Assembly (NCBI GenBank): GCA_051362555.1
Contig: CM120643.1
Coordinates: forward strand, 22,200,848-22,264,847
Length of the DNA: 64,000 nt
Source: Lingula anatina
Lineage: Eukaryota > Animalia > Brachiopoda
Direction of reading: 5' to 3'
Numbering within the stretch: position 1 is the first letter of the stretch; every line of letters begins with the position of its first letter. The notes beneath the pieces are model-generated. The model saw only the letters and a list, made by a program, of their open reading frames with translations. It was not told the origin of the DNA and ran no database searches. The position numbers and the translations under genes were made by a program. Shown in pieces: positions 12,101 through 26,200 of this stretch.

Positions 12101-15100
12101 CGTCTAAGATACCTTTAAGAAACATTCTTAAATGCCGCTTACCTCGTTTATTTTCTTAGTCTCTTGATCAAATTGGTCTTGACGGAGATGTTTCATTTAA
12201 GCGTGCCAGCAACGATTGATGTGGGTCAGTCATTCTCAAAAGCTCTAAGACCATATCAAAAAGTCGACTTTACGTAACGGCTGTCCTATTTAAGTGGTCT
12301 AAGCTTAACCCAAGAACTGCGAAATGGGCCTCAGTAGCAGCAAGCTGACTTTGAGTACGATACTATGAACACACTGAAACTCTGAGTGCCAGCCACTGCA
12401 TCCAATTTAAATTTTTCATACCCCCATTACTAGTAGCGTAAAATTTTTGCTGAGTATTTTAGGACAAAATGCTATTGCAGGTATAGGGCCAAAGGCGTCG
12501 TACTTACGTAAAGACAGACACAAAATTAAACTTAAAATTAGTAACGGTCTGTGCAATATATGCTTGTGCTCCACTTTCTCTCTTTTGAGGCCAATGTGGC
12601 ATGTGTGAAGACGTTTCACATTTATTTATTTATTTATTTACTTGTTTGTTTGTTTGTTTATTTGTAACTATTTTTTTCATAAAGCAACAAACAAGTAAGA
12701 ATGTCCACCACGCATATTGTATCATTATTCCAGTTTCTTCACCAACCGGAAAACGAAGCAGGGCTGTTTTTACAGAAGAGATAAAAATATCTCTGTTATT
12801 GCCGTAAATGTTATTGATAGCGTAATCAATTTATATTACCTTAAATAATTTTGTCCTTCAACTACGCATTTCACGATTCACCTGCTATTGAGCCCCGTGA
12901 TGGGAACCGGAACCACAGCGCATCAATTCGCGTAATGGACAATTACGAACTACAAGCTGCAGTACATAAAGAGTTGGGATTTCCAAGAAATGGGGAAATG
13001 CTGTAATAATCGCCTGTAAAGTGTTGCATAAGGATGTTATACTAATCTATGTATGTTTTTAGCTATCGATTTGTCCTTGGGCGGTACCGTATTGTTTGTA
13101 ACAGATGATCACCTGCGAAAGTGATAACTGAAGTATTATTTAGGCAGGTTCTGGGACGGATTTGCCAACCCACCCTCTCTTTCCAAATCAAAATGGCAAC
13201 CTACTGCCTGTGCCTTTTAGATACCGATCTGATTTAAGCAAATCTTTTTAGTATCTGGGATCTTCGAGTACAATGTTAACTATAAGTATGTGGTATCAAC
13301 TTCAAAAGTCATCGTCCTAGTTCCCACGAGTTTTTCTTTTTAAAAACCCATTTGTCCTGATTTGCATGACCATCCGGACATTGCATTAAATTAAATTGGG
13401 TAACTGAGTCGAATGTTGGTGGGAATCTGGATCAACGTTCATAGAGCACATGAACCGTCCGTGTAACGCGTGTGTAACCCAAACCGAGATATTGACGTGT
13501 GCATTTGCCTGTCTTTCGTATGACTGGACGGCAAAATTGGCTCAGGTGACCAAAGATAACACGCAGGCCCATGGGAAAGAGCGATTGGGGGATGCTGCAC
13601 TATTAAGAAGAAAGAGCGATTGGGGGATGCTGCACTTTTAAGACAATTTATGGTTTTAAAGGCATCAATTTAAAGATTTGTGGTGAGGATATTACAGTTT
13701 TTCTCGAAAGTCCCCAGACATCTGCTAATATAGGTTTGAAATACACATTAAAACACGTAGAACTAATTGTGGCAGGATGACGGGGTTGTGTTCTGTTAAC
13801 TAAAAGTTAAGTAACATTCTACATTTCTCTCTACGATACTTTTATGAGTATTTAAGTTTTTTTTTTTTTTTTTTCGCGTGTGTCAATTGTTGACTGCATG
13901 TTTTTTTTTTCTCAAAATATTGTATTCGCACCTGGTGATCTGCATTTACCCAAATATACAGTGTAAGTTCTCCTGGTACTGGCTGTTTTTTATTTATATC
14001 TTATTAAATTAATATTTTTGTAAAATACCCAATAGCTATGCTCTTTAATGGCATAAATTATACTCAATGTCAGATACCTGTCTTTTTAAAACCATGCTAC
14101 TTACCGGACAATACAGGAAAAAAGCCCCTAACAGCATAATGTTTAATAATACCGGGCTGGAGGCCTTCAATACCTGTAATATAAAATAACAACATAACAT
14201 ATACTTCTGCCTGCCTGTGTCGTGATTTACCTTTGAATGCCTTTTTCAAATAAAAAGTTTTGCTTATATCAATCAGATGTAAAAAAAGTAGCTGTAAATT
14301 ATTTGATAAGGACAATTCTTCTTCGGATTAACCTAAGTATGAAGCACTGGCCATTTTATAAACGTCTCATCTCTTTGTAAAATATATACATGTCACTATA
14401 CTATGGTCATTCAGATTTAATGAGTAAAACATGCTTGTTTATTAAGAAGAACTACACTTAGGGACAATTAATGAGATTCCAAAATTCTAATCTACACGTA
14501 ACAAGAACGGTCCTTGATTTCTGCAGAACATGTATTCAGTACATTGGACTACCATTGTCAACTGGATGACATTTAATTTCCCTTTTAGTGCATCTGCCGT
14601 TTATCGTTTTCGAAGATCTGCGTAACTTGCTTTTACAATCATTAATAAAGCCCGGATTTTTGTCATTCATTAATAACGCAAAGTGAAAGCGCAGAAATAT
14701 GCTGCTTTGAGCCGATTGTAATAAATCAATAGGGTAAAATAAATAAACCGTGTGACAGATTGTTGTCGATGATGGGGCCAATCCATTACACGATTAGCCG
14801 TGCACAATTTCCGATTATCTTTCAAATCGCCCGCTACAATTAACTTACCGACTTCAATAAATCAAAGAAGCACGCGAAGGTCAACTTACTAGTTTTACTT
14901 TATACGTCAAAAGGCAATCACTGGGTTTCACTCTTTTGATGTCAATCATCAAATAAATCCCTATTCCTGCAGGGGTACATGTACCTCCCCCTTCCCCCCC
15001 CCCCTCCTGTATAGCCCATACATCTACTGGTAAACGATATACTATTTATAAACCAGGTAATTTAAACGCTAACTTCTACACAAGGACAGCTTGGAGCACC

Positions 15101-17212
15101 GATAAGTCGAGTTAAAGTCTCTTGAGGAATTACGAGCACAGCAGAAAGCAGGACGTTTTGCTTGGAACTGCCAGTACTGGGATTCTTGGGCTGGTTACAA
15201 AAAATTAATCCTCCAAACACTGATCTAAGCTTTCAGACCAAACATTAGTTCTACTGAGTAATTCAGGTCACGATGGATTCATAGCAATCCAGTGGACGTC
15301 AAACAGAATAATGGAGATGGCTCTCTTGTTTCAAAACCAGCGCAATGTTTAATTGAATTGGACTGCCAGCCGTGTTACGTAAAAATCCCATTCAAAATAT
15401 CTGGGCTAATGTTTGTTTGCGAAACAGGGCCTTGAGTTTAGCAGTCGTCACAGTAAATGAGGTTTATCCTGGCACGAAAAAAGGTATGCCTTGCACGGAT
15501 GTCCTCTTCTTCCTGAAGTCAATTCAAATCAAACCGCTGTCCCCGCTGGTTACGCAAAATTAAGCTACAGATTTTGTCATTGCGCATTCGACTATAGACA
15601 CAGTCCCTGGTATTCACTGGGGATTATCAGACCTACGTGGGTTACACAATGCAATATATTTGGCGGATACCCAAAAAATGAATCATCATTCCTTCAAAGC
15701 TTACTCAATTTATCAAACAAGCCGTTGCATCACCCAGACATTAGTCCTCATTTATCACGGTATTGTCATATTACATTTTGTCATTGATTGCTCTATTGAA
15801 TTCGGTTTACATAATGTTGCAACGATATGATGTAAGGCCGTCAAAATTGTGCAACCCTCGGTAGCAAGCAATGCAAAACGCTCTCATGCTAGGGACTATT
15901 GGTAAAAAATAACACTTCCTTTCCACGAAGATGCTGGATCATCACGTTGATGCAAATGTAAACTTTGTATATGCATTGCTTCTCTCGTCAATTTTCATTT
16001 TATTTTTAAATTGACTTATGGATCTAGGTTGTTAAAAGTCCTTTAAAGTTCTATTTTAATTATTGTGTCGGATGTCCTATTGATTGTTCTCTGGCGAACA
16101 TACCCATTATCTCGTTAGAGCATTCTGTCACATCGCTGTCTATTCTTTCTTTCAAATACCTGTCTATGAAAATCTACAAACAAGCAAACTGTCAATGTGC
16201 AACGACAATATACACCATTATTGCCATATTTTCCAAGAAACGCAGTGCTTTTTAAGCTGCCGCTAATGAGTAGTCCAGGATATTGGATTTCTTTGTTCAT
16301 TTTGTTTCGATTTCACTTCCTGGAAATGTTCAAATAAGAATTGTTGAGTAATGAGTTGTCCCAGGAACTTAATGGCGAGAATGATATTTTCTTATTCTCT
16401 TAACAGAAGTGATTCTGATCTTTTCACAAAGGGAAAATAGTAATCTGTTCTACATTTTGTATAATAACCGCCACCCTATCGGTTCACTTCTGTGCATTTG
16501 TTTAAAATGGAAAACTTCTCTTGGGTTAAAGTAAGACACTTACAATAGTGAAAAGTATAAAGATTGCATTAAAGATCCGCATCAAAGTTTCTGTACCAGA
16601 GGCAAGGAGCATGTTAATTAGATTTCAATATTTCCATAAAGTCGACGCTGCGACATGCAAAGCTTGCTGTCTTTTCTTTTTAGATGTCGCGGTGTTTTTT
16701 CTCAGAACTATCGTATCATCAAGTTGATTGTTCCAGCCGTGGCAACTTGTTCTTTAAGTCTACCTAGATAATGTGGGTTTACTGCATGGACACCCGAACT
16801 CAGAAGATAAAATCCAAAAAGGCCGTCAATTAAAATCAATTTTGAATTTAAGCCAAAAAAATTAAAAAATTAAAACATTTACGTTTTATTCATAGATCTA
16901 TATTTAATCATATAAATTGGTGACTATCAAAGGCATGATCCAAGAGAAATATACGAAGATGTTATCGATTGGTTCAAGATAATACCTTGACGTCAGTGTT
17001 TCGTCTTGTAAATACTGCCCAGACCGGGACGCTACACATGAACAGTAATGACAGGATCAAGATAATGGTCCTCAGTACGGCATCTGTGGTGACGTAACAC
17101 GGGCTGCTGTCGTCACACTCGGTACATCCATCGGCACACGGCAAACACTCGAACGACTCGTCGTAGACGCTGCTTGGATCTCCCTAAAATGAAAAAAAGT
17201 GTATTATCATTT

Positions 17213-17259
<47 letters not shown>

Positions 17260-20200
17260 TTTTCATTTGAGTTTCATTAATTTATCCAGGGAAATTGATT
17301 TAAATCTAAACAGCTATGACCTTTTTTCAAAATGTAACATGAGCAGGAAGATGCCAAAGGAAAGTGCTCACCTGCCTATACATGGCATACCGTACACTCT
17401 ATAGAGTCAAATACTTTAATTTCTAATATTTCAAAGTTTCATCCCGGGGGAGGGGGGTTATTTAGATAAGGGTAGATCGATTATGCCACTAGCTAGGGGA
17501 CCTGGGGCACTAGAGTATCCGCAGTCGTTTGCTCACAAACTGTGGACATACGCGTATCTTTGAAAATAAGCGTGCCAGGGCTATACATTTAGAACGATAA
17601 TGGTGTTAGGCATAAAACGGGAAGCAATATCAATAACATGATTTATTTTGAATTGAAGTTTACCAATTTGGTATGCATATTAAACTATGTTAAGTTCTCT
17701 ATAGGTAAAAAAAAAGAGAGGCATATGGCGCCAGTCATAGAAAAAACTAAAATTAGTCACAGAAAATATTCGATCCTGAGAATATGGATACTCCTACATG
17801 TAGAAGCTCAAGGCAACCATCAGTATATATTCCTCCATTTGCCGCCTACAATTAAGGACGGCGTGTTATTGGGCACTAAAAGGATCTTGACCTTAATCAT
17901 CACTTGGCGATCTCTCATCGAATTATTAGCCATAGTGTTAGAAAGGCCGTTGACCGTAATGACCGTACATCAACAGTGTTTATTGAACGCATCACTGTAT
18001 AAAATGAATCGGTTTTGCAAATAAGATATCATCATCATTTCCAAGAACGAAAAGATGCGATTGACGCATCGACTGTCAGTCAAAAAACAACTCAAGGAAT
18101 CTCACACACAATTGATTCATTGTCCACTTTGATAGGTAAGGTCAGTAGCGCACTTTTGCACCATTCCTGCTCAGGAGCTCAATATATAATATCCGCCTTT
18201 AGCCAATTGTTATGAAATTGCTCGATAAAAAAAAACTTTTAAGAAGTAGAGGTTGCATAAAACAATTATTTATGCACTTTGGAAGGCAGTGTACGCATAC
18301 CTGTACCCGTATAAATGGGGGTGATGTTATACATTAATATTGTTACTAGCGTTAATAGAAAATAGAGATATAGTATGATTGCGGATATCTTCATGACAGT
18401 GATGTACACGCACAACACGCACGCACACTGACATGAGCGCATATCAGGAAATACTCACTCACGAACACAAACACACACATACACACACAAAATCAGTTCC
18501 ATTTAAAATACAAAGCAAGTGTGATTACATTTCTTTTCTTTTCATACTCGTCTTCAACGTCTGTTCCGTTGAAATACTTGTACTCTGCGTTCTCGACAGG
18601 GAAGTAGAAGCCTTTCCGGCATTTACACAGGTAAGATCCTCGCCGGAAGCCCAAACCTGGCATCGGCTCGCACTGAAAAAAAAATGACTGTTAATCGACA
18701 AAACAACGCTTTTGCTGATTTTTTCGAAGTGCTTGTAAATCACGAACAACATTACAGTACAACAGTATTTACAAACTTTTGATATGAGAATTTAGGTAAT
18801 AAATAATCGGTAATAATGGGAATTGAGTTACCTTGGCGAAGTCTGCACTCATGATTGTTTTTCTAGTATTTTATTTTGTTTTATGCTGTTTCAATTTTCC
18901 TAACGGTAAAACCATCACAGAACTTGTGTGATCAGTTAGTTCGAGTCAATGTTACATTATCACAGCACAGTAGAAACAATCACGTTTTTCTATCCATTTC
19001 ATCCGAGTGCTCTATTACGATTGCTTAGCAGACGTGATAACACAGGAAATGCAAATAAAAAATGAACGGTTTTGATTCACACTTTTTCTCTACTTCTATG
19101 GTTCATCCATCCTTCTTTGATCTACTATAGTGTTGTTCTCTTTTATTCAATACTCTTCTATCTTTTCAGGAAGTTTTATCAATTTAAAACTTGTGTACGT
19201 TATTACTCCGCCGGTAATTGAAGGCATAAGCAAAAATCTGTTTGTCTTTGATATGAAGCAATGCAAGCTTATCATCTGCTGTGATCACTTAGGTAATGAC
19301 AAAGCGACTGTTAGGAATAGTTAAGGGGTGAAAGGATAACAAAGAGTGATTAATTTTCGAGCAAACAGACGTTTAAAACACTGCTTATTGTAATCCTGTA
19401 CTTAAAAGTACAGAATAACCCTTACATATTGAAATGATGGCATGCAATATTGACGTTTTTTTCCAAACCTTGATTATGTTTAAGTCACCAGTAGTTGGAC
19501 TGCACTACGTTTACGTTACATCTGGGGGTATTAACTGTAATACGTTGATTTCGGTCAGCGGCTGATGCACTGGGGATCGTATCACAAAACAAATGCAGTT
19601 CAAATTTTGGTCTAAGCATTAACCCAAAATAGCGGTATTAGTCTAATCAAACCCGTTGTATCAGTACTGGAGAACGACAGAGCAATGCTGATAGCAGAGA
19701 GATGGTATTCAGTGTCCTCTGGGCCTCTGGGAGCAAAGCACTTATCCAGAGTAAAATTATTCCATTAATTTTGTCAGGTGGAAACACGTTAAAGAGAAAT
19801 ATTTCTCGACGTACGTAGATCGAGTTCTTAGATTGGTACAAACGTGTGTCATCAAAACACCATTGACAGCTACAAAGTACCAAACCAATTCCGGGACAAC
19901 ATTTTAAAAGCTATGTAGGCCTACACGTGTTGCTGTACTAAAGTAGATAAGGGCATCGGTATATACTGCTCACCTCAGAAGTGGGCTTACACCTCGCAGA
20001 CCCCGCAAACACGTTCGTCTCTTTACTTCCTTCCGGTAGAGGGCACTGGTTGATGTCCACTTTCTGAAGATCTATGTCAATGCCACTAGTGCCCCTGTAT
20101 GTAGGAAAATACAATAGTAAAAAATGAATGGAATCAAAAGAAGAACACACGTTTGATACAACATGCTTAGATCTATATTGCAAAGTCAATTTGATCGTCA

Positions 20201-23200
20201 ACATTTATTTGTCAAAACGTGGTTTAATATCTCTTTGAAAAATAACCACATGTCATCATTAAAACTAATATCGTGACATCAAGAATTTTATATTGTACAC
20301 AGTGCCCGACTTGTATATTACGCCGTGAACATACTAGTGTAACATATGGTTTTATCTGGGCATATTCAGGGTCCACGTCCCGCCAAAAGTACTCTGTAGC
20401 ACACCAACCAGCAATTAATCTTGATGACAACAGGATGCTTTCTTTGCTTTCTTTGTCTTGTTGCTTTTACGTTGCGTTCGTGTTGTTTTGTGAACTGCTA
20501 TCACGGAATAAGCTCAAAACAAGCTTTAAAGGTACTAGCATCTCGTCGTCACGTAATTGCCGCAACATTAATTAAAAGCCATGCCATTTGAAAAACATAG
20601 AAGCGATACGAAGTGCTTGTGGTCATCCTAAACGTTTATTTAGCTACTGCGATCGCAAAGTTAATCGTTGTTAAATGTGTATCGGTAGAGCAAATGACCA
20701 ACTATATCAAGGTCCCTGGAAAAACCAACAGCTTGCGGTATTACAGTAATCCATCACACATTAACCGCGCCATTGACTTGAGCGTATGGTCATTGGCCTT
20801 ATCAAATAAGGGATTTACGGGTCATTTAGCCTCATCTGCATTTGCATAAATCTGGCACATTGGAGAAATGACCTTCGATAAATACAATTTGGTAATCACA
20901 TTTTTGTGACCGACTTATCTATATCTGGCAAGAAGGGTGGAAATGGTGTCAGAACTCGACCAGTGGAAACGAGAGACAAAACTCGGTTATCGTTGTCCTA
21001 GATATATACTCACATTATAAATGCTTATAGCAGTTATTATCTTTACGCAATTTCTAATATATGGATTATTGAAAAAAGTTATTTACGTTGTATAGTCAAT
21101 TGCGATTGCCGTATCCAGAGCATTTCGATAACAAACCATGTAGGAGACCCTGACACTTGATATTGCAAACACCGTCATGGCATTCTTCTCTAAGACCCCA
21201 TTTCCATAAACATAATCGGTCTAGGTGGATTGACCCAACTCTCCTGGAACTCTCGCTAAGTGCAATCAGCTTAACTAAATGACACACCTCCTTGTTTCCA
21301 ACGTTCTCGTATGATCACCAGCCTTTATGCATTTTACTTAACGCCAGGGGGAGGCATGTCATTCAGTTAAGCTGATTGCAGTCAGCCAAAGTCCCGCAGA
21401 GTTGGGTCGATCCGCGTAGATCGAGGGGGTCTATGGGAATGGGGCCCTAGTTACAATGTAGCCCACCGAACAATACCTAATGTTAGAACCGAATAGGTTC
21501 TTTACATCGATTCTAACGCTGGTAAAGACCTCATTATTCTTTGAGTTGACGTGTACTGTTAGACTTCATTTATCTTGCTATTTCATGTCTGTTACGCAAG
21601 CTTAATTGATTCTTACGTGAGTGCTCTTGCGGTGATTTTGTTTCATGTATCGTGAACACAGTAATAAGAGAATTACAAGTCGAGAGAATTATTTGTCGTG
21701 AGATAATTGATATATTTTTTGTTTCTGAATAATGTCGTTATCTATTAGAATTTACAATTAAAATTTTAATTAAAAAAACTCTTAAGACCGGCGCACACTT
21801 GTGAGGCAGCAGCTTAACTTGTGAGTACCGCGTCAAATCGCTGGGTGTTTACCTTGTGATTCCCAGACATGTACCGATAAAACCTTCCTTTCAGCTTGTC
21901 TTCAAATATACATTAAACTGTGAAAATAGCACTGGTAGATAACACAAGCTTCGTGATATAGGACGCTGCCCTATGTTATAGTTCACGAACACAAAGACAC
22001 GCTTTCACTTGCCAGAAACAACGCAAATAGAAACCTTGGCATATAACATGTTACCCACTTGTGCCTTTGATAACTGATTACCTTAATTTTTTACTTACTT
22101 GAAGAAAAACGTGCCATTTTCGTATCCAAAGAAGGGCACGGTGTACGTGATCATCCAAATGTCCGCCCCCATGCAGTCAAAGTAAGGGCGACTCCAATGG
22201 CCGTCCTCGTAACTGACCAGCAGACTTTCATCCACTTCTGGGTCGTAATGGGCCGTGTCGTTGAGCCTCATCATCTGTAATCCTGCGCAAAAAAAAAGAT
22301 TGTTTTTATGAATGAAACTCTTTAATGCAAAATTTGGTCATCTACAATGCTTGCTTTTTAGGAGACAGATAACTAAGTTCGCCCACTAAGCTCTCTCTCT
22401 CTCTATCTCGCTGTCTCTCTCACTCCCTCCCGTTTGAATTTAATTATCACTACCTGCAAATTGAAACAAATACGACAGCAATGAATTACATCAGCTGGGC
22501 TATGTATTAAAATCACGTTAATAGTTCTTTTTTTATTTCAAAAAACTGTTCAACTTAGCATTATAACTACTCTAACATTTGAACGGCTCGCTTTATTATT
22601 GAATCGGAAATAGCGGAGTGGCACTGCATATGACTCTGTTTAGCTATTGCGTTTAGACATTGGGCATTGTCAGAATAAACTTTATTGTAATTTCAATCAA
22701 TTATGAGTAATAAATATAATGCATAACCGATGTCATCGCAGATGAGCGGAATTGGCAATTATGCAGCCAACCATGCAGTTCTGGTTAAAATGATATTACG
22801 CAAAAGCAATGGATTTGAACAACACGAAAGGAGAGGATGCCTAATTAATGCATTTTAAAATGAAAAGGACTAAGAGGGGATTGTAACTGAGTACCAATGA
22901 ATGACAGCTGTATTTGAAGAACAATGAAACGTAGATTGGGCGTAAGCGACCATTATTCCTGTTTTATTGGTTGTTGGTGTCCGTTATTCTCATTTATCGG
23001 CAATATATATGCGTCTTTTCTTAACGATGAATGAATAAAATCAAAGCCCGCTAAATTTTCAACCGCGTTAGCAAACCTCTGATGACGTGTGTGCATTTGC
23101 ATTTTTCAACCTAACAAAAACTAAAAAACCCTACATGAAATTAGGTATAGCTATATGCATATTAAAAAATAGTTGTGGACTTTTTTGCCCCCTAGTTTGT

Positions 23201-26200
23201 GGATCCTCAGCTAGTCCTGTTTTGTCTCGCAATCTATAAGCTCGAAGGAAGAAAACGTCTGTTTGTGTGTGGTAGATGCGTACAAACATATGACACGAAG
23301 TGTTTGACAGATGCTATTAAACTAGGATCAAGGGATCCCAGAATTAAAGTACTGCGCAGTATCTACCACCTTACAAAGTGCAACCCTGTAAATGACTGTA
23401 TTTTCAGCAGTTTAGGATAGTGTGGGCACATGTAAAATTCACCTGCTCAACGATGCATTATTTGTGCTCTTGTCAAGGGCATTCTCTAAACTGCACGCAA
23501 AGTAACAAACAAACATAACCCCCTCCCCCAAGACAGAATAAATGTTCTTGATTGCAAAGTATGTGGAAGGCTTATAGGTCGACCATAGCACCCACTGATG
23601 TTTCATTCTACCAAATGATTCTGTCAAGTTCGACCGTGTTTACTAATTATGCAATGAAGGCCTTCTGCTATACATTGAACTTTAAACAGCGTGCATTGTA
23701 ATCTGGCACATGTTTACCTGTACTTTTTCTGCTGGGTAACTGTAGCCTTTTCCTCAGGAGCACAGGGCTCAAAGTCTGCAGTCATGTTGTTTTAGATATG
23801 GTGCAAGACGAAAATTGGACAAAACATACACAAGAGATCACGAAGTCAAATGTCAAAGAGAAAATAAGTGAAACGGTGTGCACCATTAAAGTACCTAATC
23901 GGTTTGAACTTGGTAAATAGTCGATTTAATTTAGCAACACGTCCGTCTACGTGAATCATAAAAGTACCGAATGCCCCAATTGACGCATAACCAAAACAGA
24001 GTACAACCGTGATATACCGTTGTCTACAAACAGGGCGTAGCAACCTGCAGGTAAAATTGCAGGTTTCCCAATGTACCTCTACGTGCATGGCGGTTTAATG
24101 CAGCGTGTAGGTAATTTAATAACTCTTCATGATATGTACAGGTTTCGTTTTGCCCTTAAAACCAGTAATTGCCCACCTGTTGCACGGACTTAAGGATATA
24201 TATTATGAAAGGAAAAATAAGAAATGTGCACATAGGTATTTGCGTCATCTGGTGAACATTTGGTTTTGTAAAAGTACAATTCTATATAATAAATGAGGAC
24301 AAGTCGAGCTGACATGTCATTTTCGTAACATGGCACGCTAATAATGAGAAGGTATGGCATATTTACAAAGGATCAATTAACTCACAAAAGTACTAATTTG
24401 TTTGAAATAAGAAATCTAATTGGACGGGGACGTGCGTCATTGGAATGAAACCCGAGCTTTTCCTCGGAAAAGTGTAAAGAAATACGGTTCCCATTTGTAA
24501 CTGCATACTAACGTAATCACCAAGTTAATTACTGGTGAGTCAAAGGGACGTAACTTGTCTGCCCAAGGGAATAGTGTCCGGCGTTTCCGACGGACTGCTG
24601 TGGCATATGATCACGATCTTTGGTCTGCTCTGTTGCACATGTCGTACAATCGATCAAATTATTTCTTTTTGATAATGTAAACGTCCATTAGCCCATACAT
24701 GTGATCGAGCCATTCCTTTTACCCCTATGTCAAGAAAAGATAAATGCGTTGCAAACATGATGTTGGCCCACTGCTTTGATTGCAGTGAGGCTAAAGGCTA
24801 AGCACGTGAATGTTCGATGGGGAACTATCTAAATCAGTTTTATTTCAGGGCGCCCTCATTTCGACGGTACCAAATTGATGTACTGGTCCGTGTATTCTCA
24901 GTAATAGTCGGTTCACAGTACTTCTGTTAATGTAGATTCTTAGCTTTTTGTTGATCAAAGAATCTAAAGCGCGTTGCTAAATTGAGTTTGACATGGCGAC
25001 TTTTACCACTGGTATCTTTACAGTTCAGTTTCTGAGATATATAAATAAGATACCCTTCTTATATAAAAGTCGCGGCATTTATTTATTTGGCCTCGTCATA
25101 CTTCTGATTTTATTTAAACTCAAGACTTAAGTTTTGGACTTAAAGTTTAGATTAATTTTCGAATTAAAGTTTTTTATGTAAAATATGCCCAGTAAACTTC
25201 CATCGATTTGAAAAAATCTGCCGCATAGCATGACAAATAGTTCTTCAAAATGTTCACCAGACGAACAGATTTCATTTTCTCCTTTCAGAAATTTCGCAAA
25301 AGGTAAACGAAGTCACTATTAACTTGACGTTACATATGATGTCACTGTCACGGCACTGCTGACAACAGAACAACAGAGGTCATATAGACATGCAGTGCAA
25401 CATAATTTACTGTTTACTGTTCTCTGGAGTTGGTTTTAATGTATCTGTTTTCGTCAGCACATTCCTGTTTTGAAGTCTGTTTCACAAAAAAAGATCTTAA
25501 CACTAAAAGATGTTATATTTTTCGATCAAATTTTAATTTAGTCTACTTATGTCCAAAAATATAGTGACCAAATTTAAATGAAATATATATTCCACCCGTT
25601 CTACGACAAGGCACCGATATGACAGCCATGACCTCTCGTGTAAATGTTGCTCTATTTCAGTGGACCGCTTTAAATGTATCCTCAAACGAATCTGGCAAAT
25701 GTTTTGTTCTATAAATTTAGATGAACTTCATGTCTTAGGTTCTTATATGTGAAACCATCCCCTGTTCCTTGGTCTATCCGTTTCTTATTGGAGGCAACGG
25801 CCGCGCCTCGGGATCAAAGTGATACAGTGAGTTTCGCCCACCTCAAAAAGATGCTGATTACTTTCTGTTCGTTAACGCCAAAACTTTACCTGATAGGTTT
25901 ATCTTTGGTGACATTTGCAGTGCTAGAATAAGTGCCAAGAATTAATTGTGATTATCCTTCGTAATTGGATGATAGAATCAAGCAAGGTGCATGCAGGCAA
26001 TTACCATTTGCATTAGCAATGTCGCTTATCTCTGGTGGGCAGGTAAGTTGTGGTGGTTTTATCTGTTGCGCATCATTGCTGCAGACTGTGTAATTATGTT
26101 TAGTTCACCGAAGGGAATTGATTAATAAATAATGACGATAATAATGATAAAAACTGTTTCACTCGTGATACATGAATTATGAAATATTTTGAGTTTTGCA

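Noticed and set aside
20943-20953. TGGTGTCAGAA, resembling a tRNA-Leu primer-binding site
   Set aside because: Not preceded by an LTR 3' end, and no gag/pol remnants follow.
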